DNA of 64,000 nucleotides from Albugo candida (Eukaryota): NCBI GenBank assembly GCA_040437565.1, contig JBDOQK010000001.1, positions 744,001 to 808,000 of the forward strand, read 5' to 3'. Shown piece by piece: positions 26,101 to 38,370 of this stretch (position 1 is its first letter; each line of letters starts with the position of its first letter). The notes under the pieces were generated by a model. It saw only the letters and a program-made list of their open reading frames with translations, ran no database searches and was not told where the DNA came from. The position numbers and the translations under genes were made by a program.

Positions 26101-26911
26101 CGGCTACAAGTAGCACACGTCTTTTACCACACAAAAAGACGAGAGACTCTAGATAGAATGCAGCCAAACAATAGAAAGGGAACTCACCCTCTCTATGACG
26201 CTTTTGAACTCCGAATTTGGGATGGAATATAGTGACCGATTTGTTCTGAGAAGGATCGCCCAATTGCTCAAAGACACATTTCGGGTCGAATAATTTTGGA
26301 TCGATAGTGTGTGGGGCCAAAAAGTGTTCACAGACAACGAAAATTTCTGCAGACTCATTTCTTGACGAAAGTGGTTTGGTGGCGCTCACTTTTTTGAATA
26401 ATTGACGGAAGACCCATAAAAGTGCGTTGTAATCTTGCGATCGAAATACTTTTGATACAAACGTGGCGCCTTGACCCATAACATCTGCGGCCAATTTGAG
26501 CGCGATAAGGGACAATTCGTTTTGCACATACGCATCTTTGGAGTATTCAGCACCAACATTAGGCGCTCCATCACATAATACAACATCCGCTTGCCAATTT
26601 TGCATCTCTTGACGAATTATTTGTCGGCATTTTGAAGTTGTAATATCGCATTGAAATGTCTTCACACCGCGAATTGGACGTATAGGAAGAAGATCGATAC
26701 CAATGATGATACTTGAGGCCGGCATGTACTTTGCAGCAACTTGACACCATCCTCCTGGTGCCGCACACAGATCGATGCATACTTTTGCCGTCGAAAGAAA
26801 GTCGTACTTTTTGTTCAATTGTATCAACTTGAAAGCTGAACGAGCTCGGTATCCTTGCTGGCGTGCTAGCAGATAGTATTTATCCTTATCATGCTTCTTT
26901 CGTTTTACCAT
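23194..26911 (-). CDS. SPB1: SPB1/FTSJ3 pre-rRNA 2'-O-methyltransferase, 5 exons
   Basis: [33 protein letters not shown] and [10 protein letters not shown]-terminal [21 protein letters not shown] and VDPRMKKD. Frame-restoring introns: 25977-26187, 25579-25791, 24887-25341, 24256-24475. Confidence 0.95.
24303..24441 (-). ncRNA. Candidate intronic H/ACA snoRNA (SPB1 intron 4)
   Basis: Hairpin 1 is CCCCAUU/AAUGGGG with UUGAG/CUCAA. Hairpin 2 is UGAAAG/CUUUCA with GACAGG..AGCUG/CAGCU..CCUGUC, then ACA at 24306-24308. The hinge AAAAUU is not a canonical H box. Confidence 0.55.
24949..25113 (-). ncRNA. Candidate H/ACA RNA domain (3' half of SPB1 intron 3)
   Basis: Branched 5' hairpin closed by GGCGA/UCGCC. 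H box AUAUAA (25020-25025). 3' hairpin with upper stem GUUGGAA/UUCCAAC ending 15 nt before ACA (24952-24954). Confidence 0.65.
25128..25321 (-). ncRNA. Structured RNA in the 5' half of SPB1 intron 3 (second H/ACA-like unit, or the 5' domain of a longer RNA)
   Basis: Hairpins GACAGAAC/GUUCUUGUC, GGACU/AGUCC and GUUCUC..AAUC/GAUUGGGAAC, followed by ACAuac. No canonical H box after the first hairpin. Confidence 0.4.
25624..25760 (-). ncRNA. Candidate intronic box C/D snoRNA (SPB1 intron 2)
   Basis: Terminal stem AGAAUGA/UUAUUCU brackets a box C-like AGGAUGA (25746-25752) and box D CUGA (25631-25634). A second internal CUGA and internal hairpins are present. Confidence 0.65.
26020..26165 (-). 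ncRNA. Candidate intronic H/ACA snoRNA (SPB1 intron 1)
   Basis: 5' hairpin with basal stem GGCUGCA/UGUAGCC and upper stem CGUCUUUU/AAAAGACG. H box AUAGCA (26095-26100). 3' stem CUUUGCAUCU/AGAUGCAAAG. ACA at 26023-26025. Confidence 0.65.
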
Positions 26912-27299
26912 TTGGTAGCAAAAGCAAACTTGCTGACAAAGTTGTGATTACATGCGCTGTGCGCCATTCATTCTTCACGGCATTACAACCAATCAATCCG
27001 AAGGCAAGTTATCAGATAGGAAGCCTGTTATAAAAGCATGGCGATAGATCGCATGTTAGGCAGCATTATCCATCATAAAGAACCTTACAAAGCAAGATCA
27101 GAACAAGAGAGCGAAATGAGCGCAAAGGCGATTCAGTATGATAAGAAGGACACCGACTATAAAAAGCTTGTACAAAAATACGCAAGGTGGTACTATCGAC
27201 CGGGAGAATCGACATATCCATCAGAAACGACCGGTGGAATTAGTCGAATCGATTAGAACCGATTATCATTTTGAATTCTTACGGCCGCGTACTACTCGC

Positions 27300-30200
27300 G
27301 CAGTTTACGAACAACTTCAGTGCTGCCGGAGGTAGTCGCACGCTTGGCACTTCAATTGCTTCTGTGATCCTGGAACCAATCACAACTGCATCGACAGCTT
27401 TCCAAGTGCTCTCGGGCCGATAAGCCAAATTCCAACGCCAAGGCTTCGACACTCGATCGCGAACTGCACCGAAGTATCAGTGACAATTGTTATTTTTAGC
27501 ACACTTTACTTTTTTCTATAAATTCGTACAAATTGGGAGCCGATTCCTTGCGTTCCCAAGTGATACCATTCCAACTGACGCATTAGATTAATCCGTGAGC
27601 GATCGAATTGATCACATCGATCCCTTCTTCCGATGTAATTGGAGGAATCAATGAAATGTGATACAACCCATTTTTTTGGCATACGACTAAATGCGGCAGC
27701 TTCTTCGGAACGAACATCGACGATAGTGAACCCTCCTGCGCCATCTGCAGTAACGTCCTTACGTAGCGTCGTGTCCCAGTCGTGTCGAAGAAAATTGTTA
27801 GTGTCCCATCAATACATTTGGAAATGTGAGGTCACTTCTTTCGCCTTTCAGACTCTCAAAAGCGCATCTTCCATAGAGATATTATGATCCACTCCACGCT
27901 GATGAGCGGGTTGTATGGTCGAGCCATTAGCGGTAGGTCATATAAACACGTACTTTTCTTGTCCAACGCACTTTCAAAAGAAGAATCCTCACTCAGCGCT
28001 AATAAAATATCGACAGTGTCTTCTTTATCCACAAATCCACGAGTTAATGCTATAAAAACCGCTCATTGCTCCCGTTTCGCCTTCACGCATGGTCCTTTAT
28101 CGAGAGGCTGTATCAAGAGAATTAGGTCTGTGATGGATTCATTCGAGATTATTTCAACCGACTCATTTCAATGAATGGTTGCAGGGATAGTTTGATGGAA
28201 AATAAGACGAGAATTCGAAGTTATGGTTATCACGCCTGAGAAATCGACAAACTTGAATGAGACCAGCGATATGGACGTGCTACAGTGACTCGGACTCTAT
28301 ACGTTGCTGTCACGATTCTCTCTGTCGCTTTGAAGCGGCGAGCATTTTCGGATGGAAAAGCGACTTCGGACACCGCAAGTGGAGCAAATGAGCTAGAATT
28401 GACAGAAGAAGGATAGAAGTATGTAAAAAACAAAGCGGATGAAACAGCTCTCTTGCGACAGAGTCGCATGACACTCTAATCGATTAATTCTTATAATGAA
28501 AATCGAAACATTTTTTGAGTGATTGGATCCGAGGGGTATAGTGTAAAAAGTATTGGCGTAGACCATCGCTGACACGCGGTTTGAAGTAGATTCCACCAGT
28601 TAGTTACGTCTCCTGCTGCATGAAAGGAGAGTATTCCTCGGACAAATTGGAAGCGTCAACTGCCACATTCTTCTTCTGTGTTGAGGACATGCTTTTCATG
28701 ATCGATAAGGTATACTTCGGGACGTCGTGGATTCTCTGAATGACAAAAATCCACGGGTAGGAGCTGTGCATTCTTTTAAGTACTCGACTCATGCATCTAT
28801 AAAGAGTATGTGTTCATAAAGTGAATCCAAATGAGAATATGGGAGTACAGCAGAGTCCGAGCAAAATCCATCCAGAAATGCTCGTAGTCGACTTCAACGT
28901 GATGTCATTCATTTTCTTGCAAAGCGCAGAAAAAATGTTCAATACAATATCGCGTATCAATCCAATTTGGTCAACTGATTCTGATTCTGATAACACATGT
29001 GGATATAAAGTGACCCAAGCGCGCGCGCCTGCTGCGAGAAAAATGAGCTGATGCTCGATTAGAAGTAAATACGAGCTCAAAAAATAATCAAACGTTGGAC
29101 AATTCTCTGAAATAAAAGAATTGAATGATTTGCCGACGTTCCATCATCATTTTGCCACCAATGCGATGGATTGTGTCACGACTACTTGAAGTTTGCTTTA
29201 TCCGGTACTACCGATACCGTTGAAGTACAGAAAGTGTCGCAAGAACCGTTATAAACTGTATGAAAATGGATTTCACTGCATCTTGTTCCGTCTCTTCCAA
29301 TAAATAACTGACAATGCCTTTTTTTTGTCTCATTAATGAGCTGCGACTCAAGTCTGCACACACCAGCGACAGCTGTGATCGCTCTATAAAGTCGAGGCTT
29401 CATCGTCCATCATCTAAAATACCAACCAAGTGGTCGCTTGCATGGTCTTTTCCTCCAAAAGGATACGTCAGATTGTTTTCTCGAGTGGATCGCTTTCTGA
29501 AAGCGCAGACGACCCACATGTTCGATGAGACTCTAACGCATTATTTGAATCGGTGAACGCATGATGAGGTCGAAAAAGTAGCGGATAGTGATAATACGAC
29601 TGGAACATTTCACGTATCGAATTAGTTTCATTCCTCTGCGAGAACGTGCACTCGCTCATCAAACCGTTACTGACGCAGACCTTCCATCGGTTTCCGAGGC
29701 TTCTCCAAGAGAGAAAAACTACGATCGAAAGATATCTTCAGAATCCTCCAAGAGTGTCGACGAAGCAGTGCATCCTCTTTCGATCAATTCTTCGTTGTAA
29801 TGACTACGCAGGTTTTTGTGCGCGTCCTCGACGACGAAGATGATAATGTTGTGGCAGCCGGTATAAAATATCGCTCGATTGGCGCTGCAGAAAGTTCAAG
29901 TGCTACTGAGCTCAGCAGATTGAGTCAAGCTCAAACTTCACGACGTCGCAAATGCAGCGTTTTTGGATGCGATTGCTGATAATATAATGATGGACTAGTC
30001 GCCTATGCGGGTGCTTCATGATGCGGGAAAGAGCCGTTTCCTGAAAGCATCATCAACTAGCTAGAAAGTCGCATGATTAACTCAAATGCAGACTGCCTGA
30101 ATCGATCTCGAGCGATTCTACAACTCGCATAATTTGTTGGCCGTTAGTGTTTTCTCGATTAGGTTCATTCGTCGGAGAACTCGAATCACTTTTGGGTATT

Positions 30201-32059
30201 CTTGAAAGACTATTACACGATGTAGATCAGCATATAGTAAGGCATTGTAGACAGGTGTCGTACGCGCTTTCCAAAAATGAGGGTATGTTTGATCAATGTG
30301 ATGCTGGGAGCCGACTTGTCAAAGGCCTTGGACCGATATACCTCCTCTCGATCTGCATCCGATCTCGTTAAATTGATGACAATGTTGGCGGCTCAAGACC
30401 CAGATGATATCACTCTATTATGCACAGAATCCTTTCGTGTTTTCTGTTTTACTCGTAAGAGTTGTCTCAAAGATTTAATGATGGAATCCTAGACGAATCG
30501 AGGCTGGTAGACCCAGGATCAAGGCCTTCAAGATTAAGTTGCTTTGCTGCTGGATAAACCCGTCGTGGAGCAACAATTGCCAAGATATCGTTTGTGGAGA
30601 TGTTGGCCAAATTACTTTGTGATGCAGACGCTCGAGTTCGGGAAATGGCTTTGCATGCCGCCGTCGTCATGAATCAGGTTGGAATAGGTATTTACTCGCT
30701 ACTGGAACACTTGGACGATGAGGATTCACGGAGTGGAATCTATTACAAAAGATTGAAGATAAAACTTATTCCGCTGGGGAAGGACCTCATCTCGTTGGGA
30801 ATAAAAGTTTTCACGTACCAAACTGTTCATCACTGAGGCTGTTAGACAATGTGTTCATCTGTAGAAGAAGAGCACGGGAAATTGATCTCTGAAGTAAGTT
30901 TGCAACACCCTATTCGCCTTCTAGTACCCAACCTTAAAAACATACGATAAGATTATCCGTTTGGGGTATAGGATGAGGTAGAGCACACTGGTCGGGCAAA
31001 GGAAAAGAAGAGGTTGGAGGTACAGAATTTGTCACCTGGTTTACGGAAAAAGAGTCCTTACGATTTTGCCACCCGTTGAAAGTATTTTACGTTCGAGCTC
31101 GTCAGAAGTACTCGAGTGGAATCCTTTTCTCGACAGCTTGAATGTTCAAGGGAGCGGCGAGGAGAGTGTGGTGTTTCGATCGATTAAAAATGCGACAAAG
31201 TTTGATGCAGAATAGCGGTGAGAAGGTCAAAGTCGTCCATTTTCGATGAGTACAGCCGCAATGTGTACGCGAGCACGTAGCTTACAGGAAAGTTTATCAC
31301 TTCCGTGCACGTGAAGGAGCCCTCAAGCAGCAGAAAGGAAAAGGCAAATTTGTCGCTGGCCACCCTCAAAGGGATGGAAGCAAGACAGCAGAGACCCACA
31401 GCTGCTTGAACAAGAGCTCGAATATTTAACAAACGTATCAGCTGCTAGAAATAAATCTCCAAATGTTCCCGAGTCTCCACCATTCATGGGCATTAAAGTC
31501 CAGTCACAAAGAAGCGGGTATTAAAGTTGTGGCGTTGTGACGAGAAAAGGAGGCGATATTCGACCAACAATGATCGGTCGAGTTGATCAGACAAATTACA
31601 TGCAAGGGGGCGAACTGAAGCCTTCTCCACAACCAAAAGGCCGAATGTGAACTAATATCACGATGGTTTGCACTTTTCAAATTGGCATGAAATTCTGTGT
31701 CAATTGTATTTCTTCTTACAGCTGCAAGAATACTCGTACTTCATATCCAACCGCCTACAATTCGTCAAGGGGACCTCTTCCACTTCCCTATAACGGCACC
31801 GCAACCATCTCCACCTACGTAGAATTTAGACATGACCAGATCAGAATCTTCTTTACCTCTTCTCAATTGGCTTCAAACTCGGCCTTGTCAGCTTCTCGGT
31901 TGTCCTCAAGCTAGTTCAAAAAATCTCAAACGGTATCGGATTTGGTTTCTTCGTCGTCGTCTTCGATCGTATTGGCCAAGTTCTCGTCGACTTGAGATTG
32001 CAGACTATACATGAATCGTCCAGCGCGCATCTCTCGTTCCGATCAAACAGGGTTTTTTC
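27300..32059. pseudogene. Degenerate coding relics on both strands; one part is HEAT-repeat-like
   Basis: Protein-like frames broken by stops and frameshifts, e.g. + strand LAKLLCDADARVREMALHAAV (~30600) and - strand DWDTTLRKDVTADGAGGFTIVDV (~27750). No intact long ORF. Confidence 0.4.
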
Positions 32060-34139
32060 NNNNNNNNNNNNNNNNNNNNNNNNNNNNNNNNNNNNNNNNN
32101 NNNNNNNNNNNNNNNNNNNNNNNNNNNNNNNNNNNNNNNNNNNNNNNNNNNNNNNNNNNTCCGAACAAAGGATGTCTTTCCTAGACCGCAGCGTACCGGC
32201 AGCATGCGGGTTAGATCTTCGACATCAATGCAAATTGGACGCAACGCACATAATATAATTCCAAGTGCGAGTCTATCTGCTTTGTGTTTACAATGAGAGG
32301 ACCCCTCAAGCGATTATCGCGCGGCATGAGATGTCTTGTACGATGTGCAATGTTCTCTATTACACACATTTATGGTTTTTTACATTTGTGAAGGCGACTC
32401 AGACGCTTCAATCTTCGTTGAAAGCTAGAACAAGGTCGTTTTCCATGATTGGCTTTCTTTGGTCGACGAGCATTCCGATTTAACAGTTCCATAATAGCGT
32501 TTCCCGCGCTTGATACCGTTATTTCTATTGATCCTTGCAGCCGTTTCTCTGAAAATATATTCAGTACTGATGGAATTTTTGCACTTCCAAAGACATAACC
32601 TGGAAGAGCATAAATCACATCACGTTCTAAGAGAGTGTAAATAATGACATCTGAAGCTTTTAACCTGTAGCTGAATTAGAAGAGAATGATGCTGGCAATG
32701 TTGTGAAATTCCCATGAGATTGCTGCACCCATCGAGTAGCTGAGAAGAGAGGCAAACGAGCTAACATGTTGATTCTTTACTGCCACTTGTTCTGTGTTTC
32801 TACACCACCGTAGCTGCTGCAATATAAGGCCCTATTGAAAGAGCTTATTGTCTTCCCTTCGGGACCAACGCAAATGACTCCAGATAGTCTTAAATGTATG
32901 TGGCGTTAGTGCCAGTTTGATCCGAGAACTCGCTGTATACTTTAGATTGTGTCAATCTCAAGTGGAACGAAATACAATGATGGTATGCGACTGTAATTAG
33001 TCGGATTGCAATATTTTTGAAACAAAGGTTGCATTATGTAGAAATCGTATGGCTTGCGCACGAAGCAAATTGATTACAAACGATAACTTGACATGGATGA
33101 GTTTTTTTTGCATTCATTTTCGAGTCTCACCCACCATCTTATTGTTGTATGAATGACAAGTACCCTTTCAGCTGCTTCATATCTTGTCGGATGTTTCTAC
33201 TGCGATCAGGTACTCTTTCTGTGACTACACGACTTGATAAAGACGCATTTACGTTGTAACTGGTGTCGACACAAGACAGCATGATATGGATTCGGTTGCC
33301 AACTCAATTTAATATCTGTACGCATGAAATGATGGCAGTATATCTTCTTTTACGCTTAATGCCCTGCAAACAAGGTGGAACTTTGGTTTCGCTATTCTAC
33401 TGATTCAGCTCAAACTGATGTCACTTACTCAATCATGTCGGACTTTACTTGAAGAGGTCAAAGTAGACGTAGGATGGTCTTCTCCGAGCGCGTGAAAAGT
33501 ACTCATATTCTGCCACGTAGATGTGAGCATTCGACTACACTTTCGTCAAAATAAGTGCTTTTCATCACAAGTAAGATAAAGATCAATTAATACAGGCGTA
33601 GAGTGCACCGAGTGTTTACTTATGTATGCATATGCATGCGTCTTCCAAATACATCACGCTTTGCCAAAGGTTGATTGCAGGTTTTATGCAAGTATCTGTT
33701 CTTCTCGTAAGAGTTGTGGAACACAAGAAGATATAATGATTGTCTGCTCTTGAATCCTGTGTACCAAGTTTCAACGCCCAGCCGCAGTACCAAGTAGTGC
33801 GCGCTTATGCTTTCTCGACGATAATGTATTGTTACCCCGTCCATATATAGACTTCCGAAGAGAATGCTTTTGATTATCTGCCGAAGGTGATGAAACTTTC
33901 AGGTCCCCTAATTCCACAGTTGATATTATTCCCGGGTACCACTGATCAAGTATTTTCGTGTGTGAAGTCCGTATCTATCGCATGCTAACGATTGGACTGG
34001 TAATTTGCTCGTTTCTGTACGTCGGAAAGCAGGAGATGACTCTGAATAACGACAGAGGATGGAAAAAACGTCCCATAACTAGCAAATAGGATCAACCGCT
34101 ACATAGGCTAGAATCTGGATTTCATTGATCCAATCAAGT

Positions 34140-35197
34140 ATGCGTCCTACCAAGGTATCCTTCCAATCCACGTCTCGTTGGCACAATATCTTCTACTCAA
34201 CTGATAGACATAGACAGAAAACCCTGGTTCGTAATACTCGTGTGTCAGAACAGAAATCTATTTATTGTTTCTCTAGGATATCATACTACCAAGCACGAAC
34301 GCGAATCAAAGCCACATAACGTGTATCTACATTCATGGAGGCTCGTGGCAATGTGGTGACAAGCAAAGCGCGGCTAGTATTGGCCTTATGAGAGCAATGT
34401 GTCAAAGAGGATACACTAGCGTATCTCTCAACTATCGCTTATCACCTCAAGTTGTACATCCTACACACGCGTTAGACATTGCGGAAGGGATAAAGTGGGT
34501 GCATGACAATATCTCTGATGTAATCTCATCCTCAAATTTAAACGACTGTAACTCAGTGAACATCTCTTTGCAGTACGGTGGCGATCCGGATAAATTGGTG
34601 GTAATGGGACATAGCGCGGGGGCACATTTAGCGTTATACTCTGTTGCAGAAGCGACCGTGTTCCAGGAAATGGCGCTGCAAATAAGTAGCATCAAGGCGA
34701 TTGTGGGAATATCTGGAGTCTACAACATTGCCCGGATGGCAAATGTCCCCTTCTATGGATCTCTAGTGGTTGAATAGCTCTCAGACCTCGCATATCTCAT
34801 ATCAGATTGTACTGATATAAGTATGCTCAGATTCCACCAGCGTTCGGTCATCGTGCAGACACTTGGAGAGTTGCTTCTTTGCTTTCCGTTCTGGCGAAAC
34901 ATAGAGATTCTTGTCCGCTCGTACACATCCCGACGCTTTTGATCAATGCAAAAGACGATTTTCACTTGCAAAAAGATAGCGAGGAGCTTTTGGGTTGGAT
35001 TCGCAAATACGCTACGGTAAAAAAGATCTTGTCGTGCTTGAAATAGCGTCAGTCAATCTAACAAACCACACAAGTCACATTGTAGAAGCGAAGTTATTGA
35101 TCAATGCAATCACTTCAGCATCTTGCACCAGCAGGAAGAGAAAGCTATCTCCAGCGCTGCTATCGGCAAAATATCAGCATTTCTTGATGATCTGTGA
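34140..35197 (+). CDS. Alpha/beta hydrolase (HGG..GHSAG; kynurenine formamidase / prenylcysteine methylesterase-like)
   Basis: YIHGGSWQCGDK, LNYRLSP, YGGDPDKLVVMGHSAGAHL and C-terminal NHFSI catalytic His. Several short introns. Confidence 0.8.
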
Positions 35198-36808
35198 ATT
35201 AAATCAGCACTTTTTCAGCCAAGAGATTTCATTCAAATTGTCTTTGCGCTTTCGTTGTCATACGGTTTTGCGGTCGGTAAGAGCGCGCATAATGCATCCC
35301 ATTCCGGCCTTGACACTTAGTTTCGTATGCCAATCCAAAATTAAAGAGCTTTGACTCGGTGTTGCTAAAAGCTTTGTGAGATATTTCATCAGCGTATCTT
35401 CTTCTTCCAGCGTAAGACTTTCAATCGCTCGTTGCATCTCTCCTTTATTACANNNNNNNNNNNNNNNNNNNNNNNNNNNNNNNNNNNNNNNNNNNNNNNN
35501 NNNNNNNNNNNNNNNNNNNNNNNNNNNNNNNNNNNNNNNNNNNNNNNNNNNNATAGTCTTAAATGTATGTGGCGTTAGTGCCAGTTTGATCCGAGAACTC
35601 GCTGTATACTTTAGATTGTGTCAATCTCAAGTGGAACGAAATACAATGATGGTATGCGACTGTAATTAGTCGGATTGCAATATTTTTGAAACAAAGGTTG
35701 CATTATGTAGAAATCGTATGGCTTGCGCACGAAGCAAATTGATTACAAACGATAACTTGACATGGATGAGTTTTTTTTGCATTCATTTTCGAGTCTCACC
35801 CACCATCTTATTGTTGTATGAATGACAAGTACCCTTTCAGCTGCTTCATATCTTGTCGGATGTTTCTACTGCGATCAGGTACTCTTTCTGTGACTACACG
35901 ACTTGATAAAGACGCATTTACGTTGTAACTGGTGTCGACACAAGACAGCATGATATGGATTCGGTTGCCAACTCAATTTAATATCTGTACGCATGAAATG
36001 ATGGCAGTATATCTTCTTTTACGCTTAATGCCCTGCAAACAAGGTGGAACTTTGGTTTCGCTATTCTACTGATTCAGCTCAAACTGATGTCACTTACTCA
36101 ATCATGTCGGACTTTACTTGAAGAGGTCAAAGTAGACGTAGGATGGTCTTCTCCGAGCGCGTGAAAAGTACTCATATTCTGCCACGTAGATGTGAGCATT
36201 CGACTACACTTTCGTCAAAATAAGTGCTTTTCATCACAAGTAAGATAAAGATCAATTAATACAGGCGTAGAGTGCACCGAGTGTTTACTTATGTATGCAT
36301 ATGCATGCGTCTTCCAAATACATCACGCTTTGCCAAAGGTTGATTGCAGGTTTTATGCAAGTATCTGTTCTTCTCGTAAGAGTTGTGGAACACAAGAAGA
36401 TATAATGATTGTCTGCTCTTGAATCCTGTGTACCAAGTTTCAACGCCCAGCCGCAGTACCAAGTAGTGCGCGCTTATGCTTTCTCGACGATAATGTATTG
36501 TTACCCCGTCCATATATAGACTTCCGAAGAGAATGCTTTTGATTATCTGCCGAAGGTGATGAAACTTTCAGGTCCCCTAATTCCACAGTTGATATTATTC
36601 CCGGGTACCACTGATCAAGTATTTTCGTGTGTGAAGTCCGTATCTATCGCATGCTAACGATTGGACTGGTAATTTGCTCGTTTCTGTACGTCGGAAAGCA
36701 GGAGATGACTCTGAATAACGACAGAGGATGGAAAAAACGTCCCATAACTAGCAAATAGGATCAACCGCTACATAGGCTAGAATCTGGATTTCATTGATCC
36801 AATCAAGT

Positions 36809-37866
36809 ATGCGTCCTACCAAGGTATCCTTCCAATCCACGTCTCGTTGGCACAATATCTTCTACTCAACTGATAGACATAGACAGAAAACCCTGGTTCG
36901 TAATACTCGTGTGTCAGAACAGAAATCTATTTATTGTTTCTCTAGGATATCATACTACCAAGCACGAACGCGAATCAAAGCCACATAACGTGTATCTACA
37001 TTCATGGAGGCTCGTGGCAATGTGGTGACAAGCAAAGCGCGGCTAGTATTGGCCTTATGAGAGCAATGTGTCAAAGAGGATACACTAGCGTATCTCTCAA
37101 CTATCGCTTATCACCTCAAGTTGTACATCCTACACACGCGTTAGACATTGCGGAAGGGATAAAGTGGGTGCATGACAATATCTCTGATGTAATCTCATCC
37201 TCAAATTTAAACGACTGTAACTCAGTGAACATCTCTTTGCAGTACGGTGGCGATCCGGATAAATTGGTGGTAATGGGACATAGCGCGGGGGCACATTTAG
37301 CGTTATACTCTGTTGCAGAAGCGACCGTGTTCCAGGAAATGGCGCTGCAAATAAGTAGCATCAAGGCGATTGTGGGAATATCTGGAGTCTACAACATTGC
37401 CCGGATGGCAAATGTCCCCTTCTATGGATCTCTAGTGGTTGAATAGCTCTCAGACCTCGCATATCTCATATCAGATTGTACTGATATAAGTATGCTCAGA
37501 TTCCACCAGCGTTCGGTCATCGTGCAGACACTTGGAGAGTTGCTTCTTTGCTTTCCGTTCTGGCGAAACATAGAGATTCTTGTCCGCTCGTACACATCCC
37601 GACGCTTTTGATCAATGCAAAAGACGATTTTCACTTGCAAAAAGATAGCGAGGAGCTTTTGGGTTGGATTCGCAAATACGCTACGGTAAAAAAGATCTTG
37701 TCGTGCTTGAAATAGCGTCAGTCAATCTAACAAACCACACAAGTCACATTGTAGAAGCGAAGTTATTGATCAATGCAATCACTTCAGCATCTTGCACCAG
37801 CAGGAAGAGAAAGCTATCTCCAGCGCTGCTATCGGCAAAATATCAGCATTTCTTGATGATCTGTGA
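36809..37866 (+). CDS. Alpha/beta hydrolase, duplicate copy (likely artefact)
   Basis: Identical to 34140-35197. Confidence 0.6.
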
Positions 37867-37926
37867 ATTAAATCAGCACTTTTTCAGCCAAGAGATTTCA
37901 TTCAAATTGTCTTTGCGCTTTCGTTG

Positions 37927-38307
37927 TCATACGGTTTTGCGGTCGGTAAGAGCGCGCATAATGCATCCCATTCCGGCCTTGACACTTAGTTTCGTATGCC
38001 AATCCAAAATTAAAGAGCTTTGACTCGGTGTTGCTAAAAGCTTTGTGAGATATTTCATCAGCGTATCTTCTTCTTCCAGCGTAAGACTTTCAATCGCTCG
38101 TTGCATCTCTCCTTTATTACAAGCTGTAATAGCTGCGAGTATGCTTTGCGTATTGAGAATCTTCATCGAATCATTTTTGGAAGAAACCGGAGGATTTGAT
38201 AAAGATGCTTTCACAGCTTCCTCATTTTTCCGCTCGCTAAGCAGTCGTTTTACATTCGAATTACGTGACTGAACTTCTTCGGCGATCGAATTTTCGTCTT
38301 CGCCCAT
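37927..38307 (-). CDS. ARPC5: Arp2/3 complex subunit 5 (p16-Arc)
   Basis: SLSNPPV, DTLMKYL, LDWHTKL..AGMGCIMRALTDRKTV. Confidence 0.92.
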   Translation of the reverse strand: MGEDENSIAEEVQSRNSNVKRLLSERKNEEAVKASLSNPPVSSKNDSMKILNTQSILAAITACNKGEMQRAIESLTLEEEDTLMKYLTKLLATPSQSSLILDWHTKLSVKAGMGCIMRALTDRKTV

Positions 38308-38370
38308 GCTAATGGATGAACCGTAAATGTTCTAATAAGAGATTCTCGCAGGACGAAACGACACTTAGAT

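Larger units (their letters stand above)
32884..38121. repeat. ~2.6 kb direct duplication across gap (32884-35452 = 35553-38121); probable assembly overlap
   Basis: Identical ORF sets, offset 2669. Confidence 0.9.

Noticed and set aside
26025-26152. RNase MRP RNA (AGUCUCU / AGGGACUUA resembles the P4 helix)
   Set aside because: Too little sequence upstream for P1-P3, and the hairpin-H-hairpin-ACA model explains the intron better.
32884-38121. Tandem esterase duplication
   Set aside because: Same artefact pattern; the first ARPC5 copy is cut at the gap.
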